Shown here: positions 38,462 through 49,013 of the stretch, one piece after another
How the letters are laid out: the number at the start of each line of letters is the position of its first letter
Position numbering within the stretch: the stretch's first letter is position 1
From: an uncultured Methanosarcinales archaeon
Lineage (GTDB): Archaea > Nanobdellota > Nanobdellia > Woesearchaeales > GW2011-AR9
DNA: 64,000 nt
Assembly: GCA_964343575.1 (NCBI GenBank)
Contig: CAYFJV010000001.1
Location: 1 to 64,000, forward strand
Reading direction: 5' to 3'
The notes under the pieces: model-generated
What the model saw: only the letters and a program-made list of their open reading frames with translations
Database searches by the model: none
What the model was told of the DNA's origin: nothing
Translations under genes and position numbers: made by a program

Positions 38462-39273
38462 TTTTCTTCAAATATTCTCACATAATTTTCCCAAACTTGT
38501 TTTTCAGCTTTTTTTAGTGTTATTTTTTTGATCTCTGCAATTTTTTTTATTGACTCAATGACATGTGCAGACTCACTCTTACCTTCAGGATCCGGACTTA
38601 AGTAAGGCCCATCCGTTTCAGTGAGCAGTTGTGTAATAGGAACAATGTCAATGAGCATTTGAAAATGCTGCAAACGCTTGACCACTGCTGGGATAGAAAA
38701 ATTGTGACCAAGCTCTGCTGCTCGTTTCATCAGCTTCTTTTTTCCACCAAAACAGTGATGAATGATGGGGATCTCTTTGTTTGGAAGCTCTTCTTCAAGC
38801 ACATCAATACATTCAAGTTCTGCCTTTCTACTATGGATAACTATTGGTTTGTTGATCTTCTTTGCAAAACGAATGATTTTTCTAAAGTTTTCTTTTTGGA
38901 TGGAGAGTGTTTTTTCTTTCTCTGCCCAATGAAAATCCATACCGATTTCACCAACTGCAATCACTTGACCTTTGTTTTGTTCTATGAACTTGAGTTCTTC
39001 ATCAATATTAATTGTTTGAGCAGGAGGTCCAAAGCCGATATCATCGTCTCCCATTTTGATGCCTAGAAGATCTATGGGATAGAGTCCAAGACTTGCTTTT
39101 ACTATCTTGTATTTTTTACTGAGCTCTAGTGTTTTCCTGTTAGAAATTGGAGTGATTCCTGAGCAAAGAATTGCTTGTACTCCCGCTGCCTCTGCCCTTT
39201 TGATGAAGTTTTCAACTCCATTTTCTTGGTAATATTTATGGGTGAGATGACAATGGGTATCTATGAGTGGCAT
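38458..39273 (-). CDS. tatD: TatD family deoxyribonuclease
   Basis: IDTHCHL, VGEIGMD, IHSRKAE, HHCF and TETDGPYL. Confidence 0.93.
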   Translation of the reverse strand: MPLIDTHCHLTHKYYQENGVENFIKRAEAAGVQAILCSGITPISNRKTLELSKKYKIVKASLGLYPIDLLGIKMGDDDIGFGPPAQTINIDEELKFIEQNKGQVIAVGEIGMDFHWAEKEKTLSIQKENFRKIIRFAKKINKPIVIHSRKAELECIDVLEEELPNKEIPIIHHCFGGKKKLMKRAAELGHNFSIPAVVKRLQHFQMLIDIVPITQLLTETDGPYLSPDPEGKSESAHVIESIKKIAEIKKITLKKAEKQVWENYVRIFEEK

Positions 39274-39396
39274 AAGATTTATTGCGGTTTCTTTTTCTTA
39301 AAAGGTTTGTGTTTTGATTTTTGGCAATGTTTCAGGAAAACTTTATGGTTTGTGGTGGGTAAGTTTTTAAAGAACGCTTTATTCCTTTTTTTTCTT

Positions 39397-40617
39397 ATGG
39401 TAAGGATGAGAAAAATAACTCATTTGGATAAGAAGCGACTTTCTCCTGAAGAATTCTATGAAGTTTTGGGCCATGCCTTACCAGTGAATAGGGTAATCTT
39501 GCCACGCAAGTTTGTGGAAAGAAAGAGTCCTTATTTTGGCCTTTTTCGTTATATTTATCGAAAAGTAAAGTTGTTCTACAAACATTTGCCTGCTCGGAAA
39601 AATGGCCAGAATCCTTTCTTACACCCCATCAACGTGCTCTATGCGCTTCAACATGCAAGAGTAACTGATGAACTTACTTTTTGTGTGGCGCTTTTGCATG
39701 ATTATGTTGAAGAGATGGTGGATATCTACCAGTGTAAGAAAAAAATTAATGCTCGAAGCCCTCGAGGAAAGAAACTTCTTGATGCTTATGAGCTCAAAGT
39801 ACAAGCTGCTCTTGAAAAGGAATTGGAAGCTTGCTGTTTGCAAGAAGGATTGCCTCCCCGAACAGTTGATGAAATTTTGGTGCCGGTGAGTTTGCTTACT
39901 CGTCACAAACGTCATTATTATTATAGTTCGATTTCAGAGATTTTCAATTTCAAGAAAAATGTGCTTTGGCGTGAGCGGGCAGTGCAAGTCAAACTTGCTG
40001 ATCGTACCCACAACATTATGTCTTTGGAGGGCTTTGATAACCAAGGGAAACTTTACCAGTGTTTCAAAAATCTTTTTATTCTTAACAGCACCAAAAAATT
40101 CTTACTTGATCAATATGGAGAAAAAGTCTTTACTCACAAAGTCTTCTCTGCAACTGAAAAGTTGTTTAACAAGTGCGCTAAGGCAACCTATGCTGCTTTC
40201 TTAGAAATCTGTAGGGATTGTAGCTCCACGGGAATTGGTGAGGTAAATTACCTTTTGCAGCTCGCCTTTAAGAAGTTTAAGATCCAGCGAGACGGTATTG
40301 TTGGAGTGACTTCTTTTGATCCAAAGGAGACACATCCCATTCGTTTGTTTCAAGGAGTGGTTTGGAAGTACGATGCTAGACTTCATCAAGAGTGGGAACA
40401 GTTTGAGCGATTGAAGAAAGATGAGTTTGTTTACGTAAAAAAATTCTTCAAGACCTTGCATTTTAGCAAAGGGCAACTGCAGGCAATTTTAGATTACAAA
40501 GATGCCTACGGATTGAAGGTAATTGTTGCTCAACTGATTTATGATCCAGGTTATCATATTGAGGGTTTCTTGTCTTCTCAGCTTTCCAAGAAGGGAAGGA
40601 TTAGAAAGAGACGATGA
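39397..40617 (+). CDS. RelA/SpoT-type HD hydrolase domain protein with long extension
   Basis: RKNGQNPFLHPINV, ALLHDYVEE, LLTR and VKLADRTHN. Confidence 0.7.
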   Translation: MVRMRKITHLDKKRLSPEEFYEVLGHALPVNRVILPRKFVERKSPYFGLFRYIYRKVKLFYKHLPARKNGQNPFLHPINVLYALQHARVTDELTFCVALLHDYVEEMVDIYQCKKKINARSPRGKKLLDAYELKVQAALEKELEACCLQEGLPPRTVDEILVPVSLLTRHKRHYYYSSISEIFNFKKNVLWRERAVQVKLADRTHNIMSLEGFDNQGKLYQCFKNLFILNSTKKFLLDQYGEKVFTHKVFSATEKLFNKCAKATYAAFLEICRDCSSTGIGEVNYLLQLAFKKFKIQRDGIVGVTSFDPKETHPIRLFQGVVWKYDARLHQEWEQFERLKKDEFVYVKKFFKTLHFSKGQLQAILDYKDAYGLKVIVAQLIYDPGYHIEGFLSSQLSKKGRIRKRR

Positions 40618-40769
40618 TAGCTTGGAAGGATTGTGATGGTCCCTTCTGGGTTTGGGTTAGTAGTTGCTTGTTCAGAGTAAACAATATATATTTGAGGAAG
40701 GGAAGATTTATAAAGGATTGGCGGCAGCAGTAGCATATCTATCTTTAACTAACGAGAGGTTGGTGACTT

Positions 40770-41210
40770 ATGACGATCGTGAAAATTAACTTGCACAAAG
40801 TAAGTGCAGAAAGGAAATTGGGTGCTAAGGCAGGCCAAATAAAAATTAACAACAATGTTTCTATCAAAAATCTTGAAGATTTACAGTTTAAGATTCCAGG
40901 AAAAGCTGGATTAAAGTTTACTTTTGCTTTTAACTGTAAATACGAGCCAGACCTTGGTTCTATTGATGTTGAGGGACAAGTGTTCTACACCGATGATGAA
41001 GCTAAGGTTAAGAAAGTAAAGGATGACTGGGAAAAGGAGAAGAAGATACCTGTCAAAATAATGGAGAAGGTTGTTAACGCCTCCTTGCATAAAGGAAACA
41101 TTCAAGCTATCAAAATTAGTGAAGAAGTTGGTCTTCCAAGCCCTTTACCACTTCCTAAAATGAAGTCTGTGGAGAAGCCAGCTAAGAAAGCTGCTTCATC
41201 TAAGGCTTAA
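40770..41210 (+). CDS. conserved archaeal-type hypothetical protein
   Basis: GAGGTTGGTGA SD; beta-rich pattern ending EVGLPSPLPLP. Confidence 0.75.
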   Translation: MTIVKINLHKVSAERKLGAKAGQIKINNNVSIKNLEDLQFKIPGKAGLKFTFAFNCKYEPDLGSIDVEGQVFYTDDEAKVKKVKDDWEKEKKIPVKIMEKVVNASLHKGNIQAIKISEEVGLPSPLPLPKMKSVEKPAKKAASSKA

Positions 41211-41356
41211 TTTCTTTAATTCTTTTTTCTTTGTGCTTCTTTTGTCTCTTTTTGATTTTGTTTTTCTGTGTCTTCTCTTGGCTGTTCTAATATATATTTT
41301 GGCTGGGAGCATAATGTTTATATAAGCAGAAATTCCTTTCTTTTTGAGTGGTGGAT

Positions 41357-43768
41357 ATGCAGGGTTCTCAAGATAAAGTTTCTTCACGTGGTTCTTCGCA
41401 AGGAGGAAAGCTTGCTCCTTCTGGAGAAGTGTCCCTAGAAGTTTCTCAAGATGAAATTAAGCTCAAAGTAATGGAAGCAGTACAAGATGATGTAAATCTT
41501 GGTATTGTTAAAATTGATTCTAGTTATCTTCGAAAAATTGCAGTAAACCCAGGAGATGTGGTTGAAATAATTGGAGAGCGCAAGACTGCAGCAATTGTAG
41601 ATAGAGCTTACCCAGGAGATATTGGTTTGAACATTGTGCGCATGGATGGGAATACCCGGGTCAACGCGCGAAGTACTGTTGGTGAGTTGGTAAGTGTTCG
41701 TAAAGCAGAAGTTACTGTTGCCCAAAAGGTTGTTGTTGCTCCAACTAACAAGCGTGTTATGGTGAGAGCTTCCCCCCAACTCTTTAAAATAGGTTTGCTT
41801 GGTAAGGCGGTAGTTAAAGGAGACCTTGTTTCTTTAGGTCAGAATAACCCTCGAAGAAGGTTCGGAAAAGGAGGGGCTGTTGCGGTTCCCGGTGCAAGCA
41901 TGGGAGTCAATGACATCTTTTCTGCAATGGAAGCTCGTTTTTCTGGTCTTGGTCTTGGAGATCTTAAGTTTATGGTAGTTGATTGTCAGCCAAAGAATAA
42001 GGTTCTCGTGATTGGGAGAGAGACTGAAGTGGAGTTTAGCTCTCGAGCAGTTGAAGTGCAAGAAGATATTGTTATTGGAGTAAATTATGAGGATATTGGT
42101 GGACTTGGAGAAGAGCTGAAGAAGGTTCGTGAGATGATTGAACTTCCTTTGCGTCACCCAGAATTGTTTGATCGTTTAGGAATTGATGCCCCAAAAGGAG
42201 TATTGCTTCATGGTCCACCTGGAACTGGAAAGACTTTGCTAGCTAAAGCAGTTGCTTCAGAATCTGGTGTTCATTTTATGGAATTGAAAACTAGTGAAAT
42301 TATTTCTGGGGTTCCTGGGGCTACTGAGAAAATGATGCAAAAGGTCTTTGATGAAGCTAAGGCGAATGCGCCAACAATTTTGTTCATGGATGAGCTTGAT
42401 TCTATCGCTTTCAAGAGACAAGATAGGGGAACAAATGAGTTTTTGAATACCCCTGTAAGTGAGTTGTTGAAGAATTTAGATGGTCTGAGTTCTCGAGGAA
42501 AAGTTATTGTTATTGCTGCCACTAATCGTCCAAACTCACTTGATCCTGCTTTGCGGCGTCCTGGTCGTTTTGATAGAGAAATTGAGATTGGTGTTCCAGA
42601 TAAACATGGTCGACTTGAGATCTTAAAGATTCATACTCGTAACATGCCACTTGCAGAAGATATTAATTTGAAAGCACTTGCAGATATTACCCATGGTTTT
42701 GTAGGTGCAGATTTACAATCATTAGCTAAAGAAGCAGCTATGATAGTGCTCCGGAGGATTTTGCCTGATTTACAGGTTGAAGGAGAGGAGGAGGAGGAAC
42801 ACGTACCTGAAGAGGTGTTAGATAAACTCCACCTCACTCAAGAGGATTTCTTGGAAGCACTTAAGGTTGTTCGGCCAAGTGCTATGCGCGAAGTTTTAGT
42901 TGAAACGCCTGACATTGGTTGGGATGATGTTGGTGGACTTAAGCATGTGAAACAAAAGTTGAAAGAAGCGGTTGAATGGCCACTTAAAGATAAAGAAATG
43001 TTTACCCGACTTGGTATTCGAGCTCCAAAAGGAATTTTATTGTATGGTCCTCCTGGAACTGGAAAGACTATGCTTGCTCGAGCAGTTGCTAAAGAAAGTC
43101 AAGCAAATTTTATACTTGTTAACGGAGCAAGCTTACTTCAAGATGGTGTGGTTGGAAAGGAAACTGAGCAGCTTCGTAAGGTCTTCTTGCGTGCTCGTCA
43201 AACTGCTCCTAGTATTATCTTCTTTGATGAAATTGATTCTTTTGCAAAACGTCGAGGTAGTGGAAGTTCAGCCCTTTCTGAGAGCAACGAAGCGCTTGTG
43301 AATCAACTTCTTACTGAGATGGATGGGCTTGAGGTGCTCAATGATGTAGTTGTTATTGCAGCGACTAATCGTCCAGATATACTTGATACTGCTTTGCTTC
43401 GCCCAGGTCGTTTTGATAATGTGATCTTAACTGAGGTTCCTGATGTTGAGGCAAGACTTGAGCTGTTTAAGTTGCACACTGCTAAGATGCCTCTTGATAG
43501 TTCTGTTGATCTGCAGGCGCTTGCTGAAAAAACTGAAGGCTACGTTGGCGCTGATGTGGAAGGGGTTTGCCGTGAAGCTGCAATGGAAGCACTTCGTAAG
43601 GATCAAGGAGTTCGGGTAGTAAGTGTTGCTGATTTTGCTTACGCTCTGGAAGTTGTACATCCTTCGGTTGATAAGGAAGTTGAAGAAGCCTATAAGAAAT
43701 TGTCTGAGTATTTTAGTTCTGCTCGTGCAAAAGAAATTGAGCGTAAAGAAGTGAACTATTTTGGATGA
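41357..43768 (+). CDS. cdc48: CDC48/VAT family AAA+ ATPase
   Basis: N-domain plus two AAA modules (GPPGTGKT twice, [17 protein letters not shown] and ALLRPGRFD). Confidence 0.96.
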   Translation: MQGSQDKVSSRGSSQGGKLAPSGEVSLEVSQDEIKLKVMEAVQDDVNLGIVKIDSSYLRKIAVNPGDVVEIIGERKTAAIVDRAYPGDIGLNIVRMDGNTRVNARSTVGELVSVRKAEVTVAQKVVVAPTNKRVMVRASPQLFKIGLLGKAVVKGDLVSLGQNNPRRRFGKGGAVAVPGASMGVNDIFSAMEARFSGLGLGDLKFMVVDCQPKNKVLVIGRETEVEFSSRAVEVQEDIVIGVNYEDIGGLGEELKKVREMIELPLRHPELFDRLGIDAPKGVLLHGPPGTGKTLLAKAVASESGVHFMELKTSEIISGVPGATEKMMQKVFDEAKANAPTILFMDELDSIAFKRQDRGTNEFLNTPVSELLKNLDGLSSRGKVIVIAATNRPNSLDPALRRPGRFDREIEIGVPDKHGRLEILKIHTRNMPLAEDINLKALADITHGFVGADLQSLAKEAAMIVLRRILPDLQVEGEEEEEHVPEEVLDKLHLTQEDFLEALKVVRPSAMREVLVETPDIGWDDVGGLKHVKQKLKEAVEWPLKDKEMFTRLGIRAPKGILLYGPPGTGKTMLARAVAKESQANFILVNGASLLQDGVVGKETEQLRKVFLRARQTAPSIIFFDEIDSFAKRRGSGSSALSESNEALVNQLLTEMDGLEVLNDVVVIAATNRPDILDTALLRPGRFDNVILTEVPDVEARLELFKLHTAKMPLDSSVDLQALAEKTEGYVGADVEGVCREAAMEALRKDQGVRVVSVADFAYALEVVHPSVDKEVEEAYKKLSEYFSSARAKEIERKEVNYFG

Positions 43769-43778
43769 GTTTAGGAAG

Positions 43779-44273
43779 TTAGACTACTTTTGCATAAAGG
43801 AGTGCATCCTTAAGTTTTCCTTTTTGTTCTACTGCGCCCCTCATTAAGCCTTCTTTTTTGTAGCCAGCTTTAATAGCAACTCGCTCACTTGCCTTGTTTC
43901 TTGGATCCATGATTATAGTCAGCCGTTTGATCTTGAATTCTTTGATTGCTTTTTTTTCAACCATTTTTACTGCTTTTGTGGTAATTCCTCTGCCCCAATA
44001 TACTTCGTCAAGGAAGTAACCAATCTCTCCAATGTGTTTTCTATGCTGGTCTATCTTGATCCCAATCCCTCCGATGACTTCTCCTTTATGAAGAATGGTG
44101 AAGGAATGCATAACATTTTGCTTTCTCAATTTTTTTGTTTTTCTGATAAACTCTTTTTCATCTTCAAGAGTCTTTATGGGGACTTGAAAATAAGTGAAGT
44201 TGGGGTTTGTAAGAACTTCTAGAAATCTCTTTGCATCGGAAAGCTGTTGGTATCTTAGTTCTATCTTTACCAT
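43779..44273 (-). CDS. GNAT acetyltransferase (RimJ/RimL type)
   Basis: GEIGYFL...YWGRGITT and N.ASERVAIKAGY..EG. Confidence 0.9.
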   Translation of the reverse strand: MVKIELRYQQLSDAKRFLEVLTNPNFTYFQVPIKTLEDEKEFIRKTKKLRKQNVMHSFTILHKGEVIGGIGIKIDQHRKHIGEIGYFLDEVYWGRGITTKAVKMVEKKAIKEFKIKRLTIIMDPRNKASERVAIKAGYKKEGLMRGAVEQKGKLKDALLYAKVV

Positions 44274-44452
44274 TTTTTTTGAAAAAGAAGCTGCTTTTCT
44301 TTTTATTTGTTTGTGTGGGTTTGATGCCCTAAGCAAACATTAAAAATCCCCTGCCCCCTGCTGTGGGAATTTTTATTTTTTCCTAGTTGTTTTTTCTTTT
44401 CTTGTTCTGATTTGGAGTAATTCTTATATACTTGTTTTCTCTTTCGCTTCTT

Positions 44453-46489
44453 ATGAAAAGAGGTGTTACATTTTTTGGAATTTTACTTATTCTTCTAAGT
44501 TTACTTTCTTTTTCGGTGCTTGCTGATGGGCACGATACTACCGAAGTTGGAGATCTTGAACTGGGAGACGATGCGACTGAAGACCTTTGGGATGATATTG
44601 ATGATGCAGAATTGCAACATGATGCTGGTTTGACGCCAGATAGTCCTTTTTACTTTTTGGATGAACTCTTTGAAAATGTAGGTGATAATCCTGCAAAAGC
44701 CTTGGCTGCAAAAGAAGAGAAAATTCAGGAAGCTTTAGCTATGCTTGAGAAAGGGGATGTTGATGCAGCAGAAGAATTGCTTGAGAAAGCGGCAAGCTAT
44801 AGTGAGGTTCTTGAAAAAGAGGTATCTCCTGACTTAGATAGAGATGCTCGGGTGAGTAGCAAAGCAGTAACTGAACTGCTTGCTGCCCTTTCTGAAGAAC
44901 TTAGTGATGAAGAAAGAGAAGCACTTGGCTCTCTTATCGATGAACATCTCGCTCAAGAAGAAGAGATTGCTGTTGCAGCAAAGATCTCCTCTCAAATTGA
45001 AGAGCTTTGTACTGCTTTAGCTGAACTTGATCCTCATGAGTATGCAAAAGTGTGTAAAACTGATGCTGATGCTCCGGAATGGTTACAAGAACTTGATGCT
45101 GAGCTGACTGCAGAACAGCAAGAAGAAGCTGAGGACTTTTTTATTATCATGAGTGAATGTTTTAGAGATCCTGCAAATTGTAGGTGTAACGATGTGAGCG
45201 TAGCTTCTTTTGCAGAGATGTGTTCTGATATTGCTCCTCTCGCAGCTGCCTGTGAAGAAGGTGATGAATCAGCTTGTGATGAGATGGATGAAGTTGATAT
45301 GGAAGAGCTTTTGTCAGTACTTCCTGAACATTTGCAGATGGTTTTCTTAGAGTTAGAAGATCGTAACGAGTATGATAGACTTGATCCAGAATGTACTGCT
45401 GCCGGATTAGAGACTTGGGAAGAGTGTGATATCTACCGTTTTGAGAATGATGCGCCAAGTGAGTGTGTTGAAGCCTATGAAAGTGGTGAAATCATTTATG
45501 ATGATAAGCCAAACAGAGAACTTTGGGAGCAGTGCGATGAAATAATGTTTACTTTGCATGCACCAGAAGTTTGTGTAGAAGCAGGAGTTACTGACCATGA
45601 AGAATGTGGCCGACTCGATTTTGAAGCAAATGCTCCACAAGAGTGTTTAGATGCTGGAATTGATGGTGGAAATCATTATGCCTGGGAAGATTGTGAACAG
45701 ATCATGCAAAGTGTTTCTCACGGAGATGGTTTCATCATGGACTGTGGAAGTATTGAGGACCCAACTGAGCGACTTGCTTGTTATGATGGTGCTTTAGGTT
45801 ATGTGGATGATGTGCTTCGTGATGAATATGGAAACAGTATTGGTGTTCCTGGAGCTTGTGAAGATGCTGGCATCTCTGACCATGAGGAATGTGATGAGTA
45901 CATGAAGGAAAATGGTTACTACGATGAGCCACACTACGATGAGTATGAAGTAAGTGAAGGTGTTCCTGGTGTTTGTGAGGATGCCGGTATCTCTGATCAC
46001 GGTGAATGTGATGAGTACATGAAGGAAGAAGGCTACTACTATGAGCCAGACCACTCTGAAGATGTTTACCCAGAAGGTTATGATGGTGGAGAAGATAATT
46101 ATCACCCAGATGAAGATTATCCAGATTACCATGATGACTTTGAGGATGACAGTTTTGACTACGATGGGGAGTATGATCACGGCTCTGAAGTAGATCAAGA
46201 TTATTATCATGAGGAACAGGATGACTACTATGATGACTATGATGATAGGGACTACGATTCAGGAGTAGAAGAGCATGATGATTTTGAGGAAGAAAAAGAT
46301 GAGCCTGAAGTAGAAGAGAGAGAAGAGCAAAGAGATGAAGAACCTGAGCAAGAAGAGTCTCATGACGATTCTGGTGACGATGACTCTGGAGGAGATGATG
46401 AAGGGGCTTCTGAATCTGATTTGAGTGGGAACTTTTTGACAGGAGGAATCTCTGGCTCTGATGCTTTCTTTGGCTACTACTATAGATAA
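44453..46489 (+). CDS. secreted acidic Cys-repeat protein with DUF5667-like N-domain
   Basis: Signal peptide, AGLTPDSPFYFLD..E, repeated P..C..AG......C units and a D/E/Y-rich tail. Confidence 0.8.
   Translation: MKRGVTFFGILLILLSLLSFSVLADGHDTTEVGDLELGDDATEDLWDDIDDAELQHDAGLTPDSPFYFLDELFENVGDNPAKALAAKEEKIQEALAMLEKGDVDAAEELLEKAASYSEVLEKEVSPDLDRDARVSSKAVTELLAALSEELSDEEREALGSLIDEHLAQEEEIAVAAKISSQIEELCTALAELDPHEYAKVCKTDADAPEWLQELDAELTAEQQEEAEDFFIIMSECFRDPANCRCNDVSVASFAEMCSDIAPLAAACEEGDESACDEMDEVDMEELLSVLPEHLQMVFLELEDRNEYDRLDPECTAAGLETWEECDIYRFENDAPSECVEAYESGEIIYDDKPNRELWEQCDEIMFTLHAPEVCVEAGVTDHEECGRLDFEANAPQECLDAGIDGGNHYAWEDCEQIMQSVSHGDGFIMDCGSIEDPTERLACYDGALGYVDDVLRDEYGNSIGVPGACEDAGISDHEECDEYMKENGYYDEPHYDEYEVSEGVPGVCEDAGISDHGECDEYMKEEGYYYEPDHSEDVYPEGYDGGEDNYHPDEDYPDYHDDFEDDSFDYDGEYDHGSEVDQDYYHEEQDDYYDDYDDRDYDSGVEEHDDFEEEKDEPEVEEREEQRDEEPEQEESHDDSGDDDSGGDDEGASESDLSGNFLTGGISGSDAFFGYYYR
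45842..46048 (+). repeat. intragenic 90-bp imperfect direct repeat (117-bp period)
   Basis: 45842-45931 and 45959-46048 both encode GVPG.CEDAGISDH.ECDEYMKE.GYY.EP. Confidence 0.9.
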
Positions 46490-46559
46490 TCTTTGATTTT
46501 CTTTTTTTTCTTATAGTTTTTTAGGATGTTTATTAAAAACGGCTTGTTCTGATACCTTT

Positions 46560-46970
46560 ATGAGACTCCTTCCAGAACAAGAAGTGATTAGATTTCTTGA
46601 AGCTCAGGGATTTGAGCATCTAGGAATTCCTAATGAGCCCTTCTTTGATGCTCAGAGAGTTGGGCCCGTAATTGGGGTAATCCCTGGAGGTCCTCGATTT
46701 GATAGGGATGTGCTAGCAAGAGATCCTAGAAAAATCTATGATCTTCCAAACCTTTGTTTTTTTCCTGAAACAAGTTATGTAGAAAGGTATGTTGTAGATG
46801 GCTGTCTTTATCTTCGAGTGCCAAGACCTTGTGGAGAATTTTATCGTTTGAGTGAATGGGGTGGTTGGCCGAGGTTACGAAAGGTTGGAGAATCTCGTGT
46901 TAAGCTTAATTATCGAGCTCCTGATGAGTTCTTCTTTGAAGCGGCTTCAAGAACTATTTCTTTTAAGTAA
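46560..46970 (+). CDS. hypothetical protein (Lys-poor orphan)
   Basis: 136 aa; 4 K versus 16 R; TATA-like box upstream. Confidence 0.65.
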   Translation: MRLLPEQEVIRFLEAQGFEHLGIPNEPFFDAQRVGPVIGVIPGGPRFDRDVLARDPRKIYDLPNLCFFPETSYVERYVVDGCLYLRVPRPCGEFYRLSEWGGWPRLRKVGESRVKLNYRAPDEFFFEAASRTISFK

Positions 46971-47002
46971 AGCTTTATAAACCAGTGATGGTGCTTTGCT
47001 CT

Positions 47003-47281
47003 TGTTGAGGAGAGCTAGGCTGGCGCGCTAGTCCTGCGTTGTTACCGTGAATGGACTTTACACGGAGCTGAATGCCCAAATGAGGTTATGCTCTGGTGAG
47101 ATGGTCCTTTATGCTTTGTTGAGGGCTTGTCCTTTGGGATGAACTTGCTGTGAATCAGATCAGATCCTGACGGAAGCAGTCTTAAGCAGTAAGCTTTATG
47201 TTCAGAGGGTTGCAAGCATGAGAAGTATAAGGGGTTCAACTGTTTTGCTGGTGTGTACTCGATTTTGGGATGCCCTCAATA
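47003..47281 (+). ncRNA. ffs: signal recognition particle RNA
   Basis: TATA TTTATAAA at 46974-46981; terminal helix TGTTGAGG/CCTCAATA; Alu-like 5' domain GCTAGGCTGG..TGTTACC; helix 8 TCAGATCC-TGAC-GGAAGCAG; followed by a T-run. Confidence 0.88.
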
Positions 47282-47318
47282 CCTTTTTTGTATCTTTGCT
47301 TTCTTTCTTTAATAGAAA

Positions 47319-47657
47319 TTATTTGATCTCAAGAACGTTACCAATCTTGCAAATCTCTTTAGATTTCTCAAGGCCAAGCTCGAGCACGTATTTTGCTTTT
47401 TTTTCTTGATAGGACCAGAAGGTGAATGGTTTGAACTCTTCTTTGATAGCGATGACTTTTTTATTTTCATCAAGAAGCACGATCTCAAGTGGATAGAAAA
47501 CAAAGAAGTTGTGAAGAGAAACCCAACGAGGTTGTTTGAAAGTCATGATAAGATTTTGTTTTTTTGAGAACATGAGGCCCAAGGCTTGTGTGAAATAGTT
47601 GTTTGCCTTAATCTCTGTGAGTGAAATTTTTACCCCTCTTGTTTTGTTGTGGATCAT
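47319..47657 (-). CDS. DUF192 family protein
   Basis: GLMF..LHNFFVFYPLEIVLLD..AKYVLEL. Confidence 0.88.
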   Translation of the reverse strand: MIHNKTRGVKISLTEIKANNYFTQALGLMFSKKQNLIMTFKQPRWVSLHNFFVFYPLEIVLLDENKKVIAIKEEFKPFTFWSYQEKKAKYVLELGLEKSKEICKIGNVLEIK

Positions 47658-47846
47658 CCCTTTGTTAAGAATCTCTTATTCCTTTTTTATATCTTTGTTT
47701 TTTTGGATTTTTGGACTATTTTATTCTTGGAGAATTAGCTTGCTATTTTAGCGCTATCTTTCTCTTTATATACACTTTTTTGTTCCTTTTTCCTTCCGCA
47801 TTTTTTTGGCTTAAAGCTTATATCTATAAGCAATTTTTTGGCCAGG

Positions 47847-48965
47847 ATGTCAAGAAAAAGCTTTGGACTCTTAGCTCTTATTGCTGCAGTACCTGTTTCG
47901 TTTTACCAGCACTTTTATGATAATAGTAGCTTTAATTGTTGGAAAAGGGCCCCTGTTGCAGTAGAGTTCTCTGAGATGGGGGCTTCTTTTGAAGCTTTAG
48001 ATTTTGCTCCACGAGAGTTTGGAGAAGAGTATGATCTCGAAGAGGAGTGTGGTTTTAACAACCGTGTTGCTTATGCTCCTGCTGACGGAGTGATTCAAAT
48101 CTGTCTAAGCCCTTATCAAAATTATGATTTTTCTGCAGATGGACGTACTGTTGTTTTTCCTTCTCTCATAAATAAGGAAGGTAAACCAAGCGATTATGGA
48201 TATCCACAAGTATTTCTCCTCTCTTTGGATGGTGATACTGGTGCTGCAAGTCCTTCCTTAACAGTTCTCTCTGAAGGCTTAGCATTAGATGGTGAGCTTT
48301 CTGACAATAGGGCCCCAAGTGTTTCTGCAGATGGAAATGTTGTTGCCTTTTCTCGTGGGAGGGATGTTGTTGTTGCAAATATGAGAGAAGGAAGTTTGTA
48401 TCGTCTCTTTGAAGGGAATTCTCCGGATGTTTCTTCGAACGGAAAAAGGATTGTTTTTACTGCTTATGATAGAGCTTATGATGTTTTTGTAGCTGACCTT
48501 GAAACAAGAACTGTGAGTAACATTTCAAATCATGATGCTCATGATCAACAAGGAGTGATTTCCCCAAATGGAGAGTTAGTTGCCTTTGTAAGTTATAGAA
48601 ACTGTCCTGGAGATGATGCTTTGCAAAACCCTGATGTCTATGTTGTGGATTTGGAAGAAAGAACTCTTGCTAATGTATTACAATCAAATCGTTGTGATGC
48701 AGAAGATGCTCATCACATTAGCGGGCTTACTTTCTCTGGGAATGATGAGTTAGATTTTGTTGTTACTGTTGGCCACCTTGAAAGAAGTTATACTCTTGAT
48801 CTTAGAACAGCCGAACGTAGTTATGTTGAAGGTTGGGAGAAGATGGGGTCTCAGCCTTATACTTTTGTTGCAGAGAATGGAAGTGTTCTCTCTGTGAGTG
48901 GTTATGGTGTTATGAGAATTTGCGATAGTTTGGAGAATGAAATTTGTAATAATCTCAATCCTTAG
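47847..48965 (+). CDS. TolB-like (PD40) beta-propeller protein, N-terminally anchored
   Basis: Repeats FSADGRTVVF, PSVSADGNVVAF, PDVSSNGKRIVF and ISPNGELVAF. Confidence 0.8.
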   Translation: MSRKSFGLLALIAAVPVSFYQHFYDNSSFNCWKRAPVAVEFSEMGASFEALDFAPREFGEEYDLEEECGFNNRVAYAPADGVIQICLSPYQNYDFSADGRTVVFPSLINKEGKPSDYGYPQVFLLSLDGDTGAASPSLTVLSEGLALDGELSDNRAPSVSADGNVVAFSRGRDVVVANMREGSLYRLFEGNSPDVSSNGKRIVFTAYDRAYDVFVADLETRTVSNISNHDAHDQQGVISPNGELVAFVSYRNCPGDDALQNPDVYVVDLEERTLANVLQSNRCDAEDAHHISGLTFSGNDELDFVVTVGHLERSYTLDLRTAERSYVEGWEKMGSQPYTFVAENGSVLSVSGYGVMRICDSLENEICNNLNP

Positions 48966-49013
48966 TTTTTCTCCTTACAAAAGAATAAATAGTACTCTGA
49001 AAGATTATTTCTT

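Noticed and set aside
39175..39396. N-terminal extension of the HD protein
   Set aside because: It overlaps the divergent tatD start and the promoter region; ATG 39397 fits a TATA box.
45842..46048. Possible CRISPR or DGR template/variable repeat
   Set aside because: It is an in-frame coding duplication with mostly synonymous, non-adenine-specific differences; no reverse transcriptase or cas genes are present.
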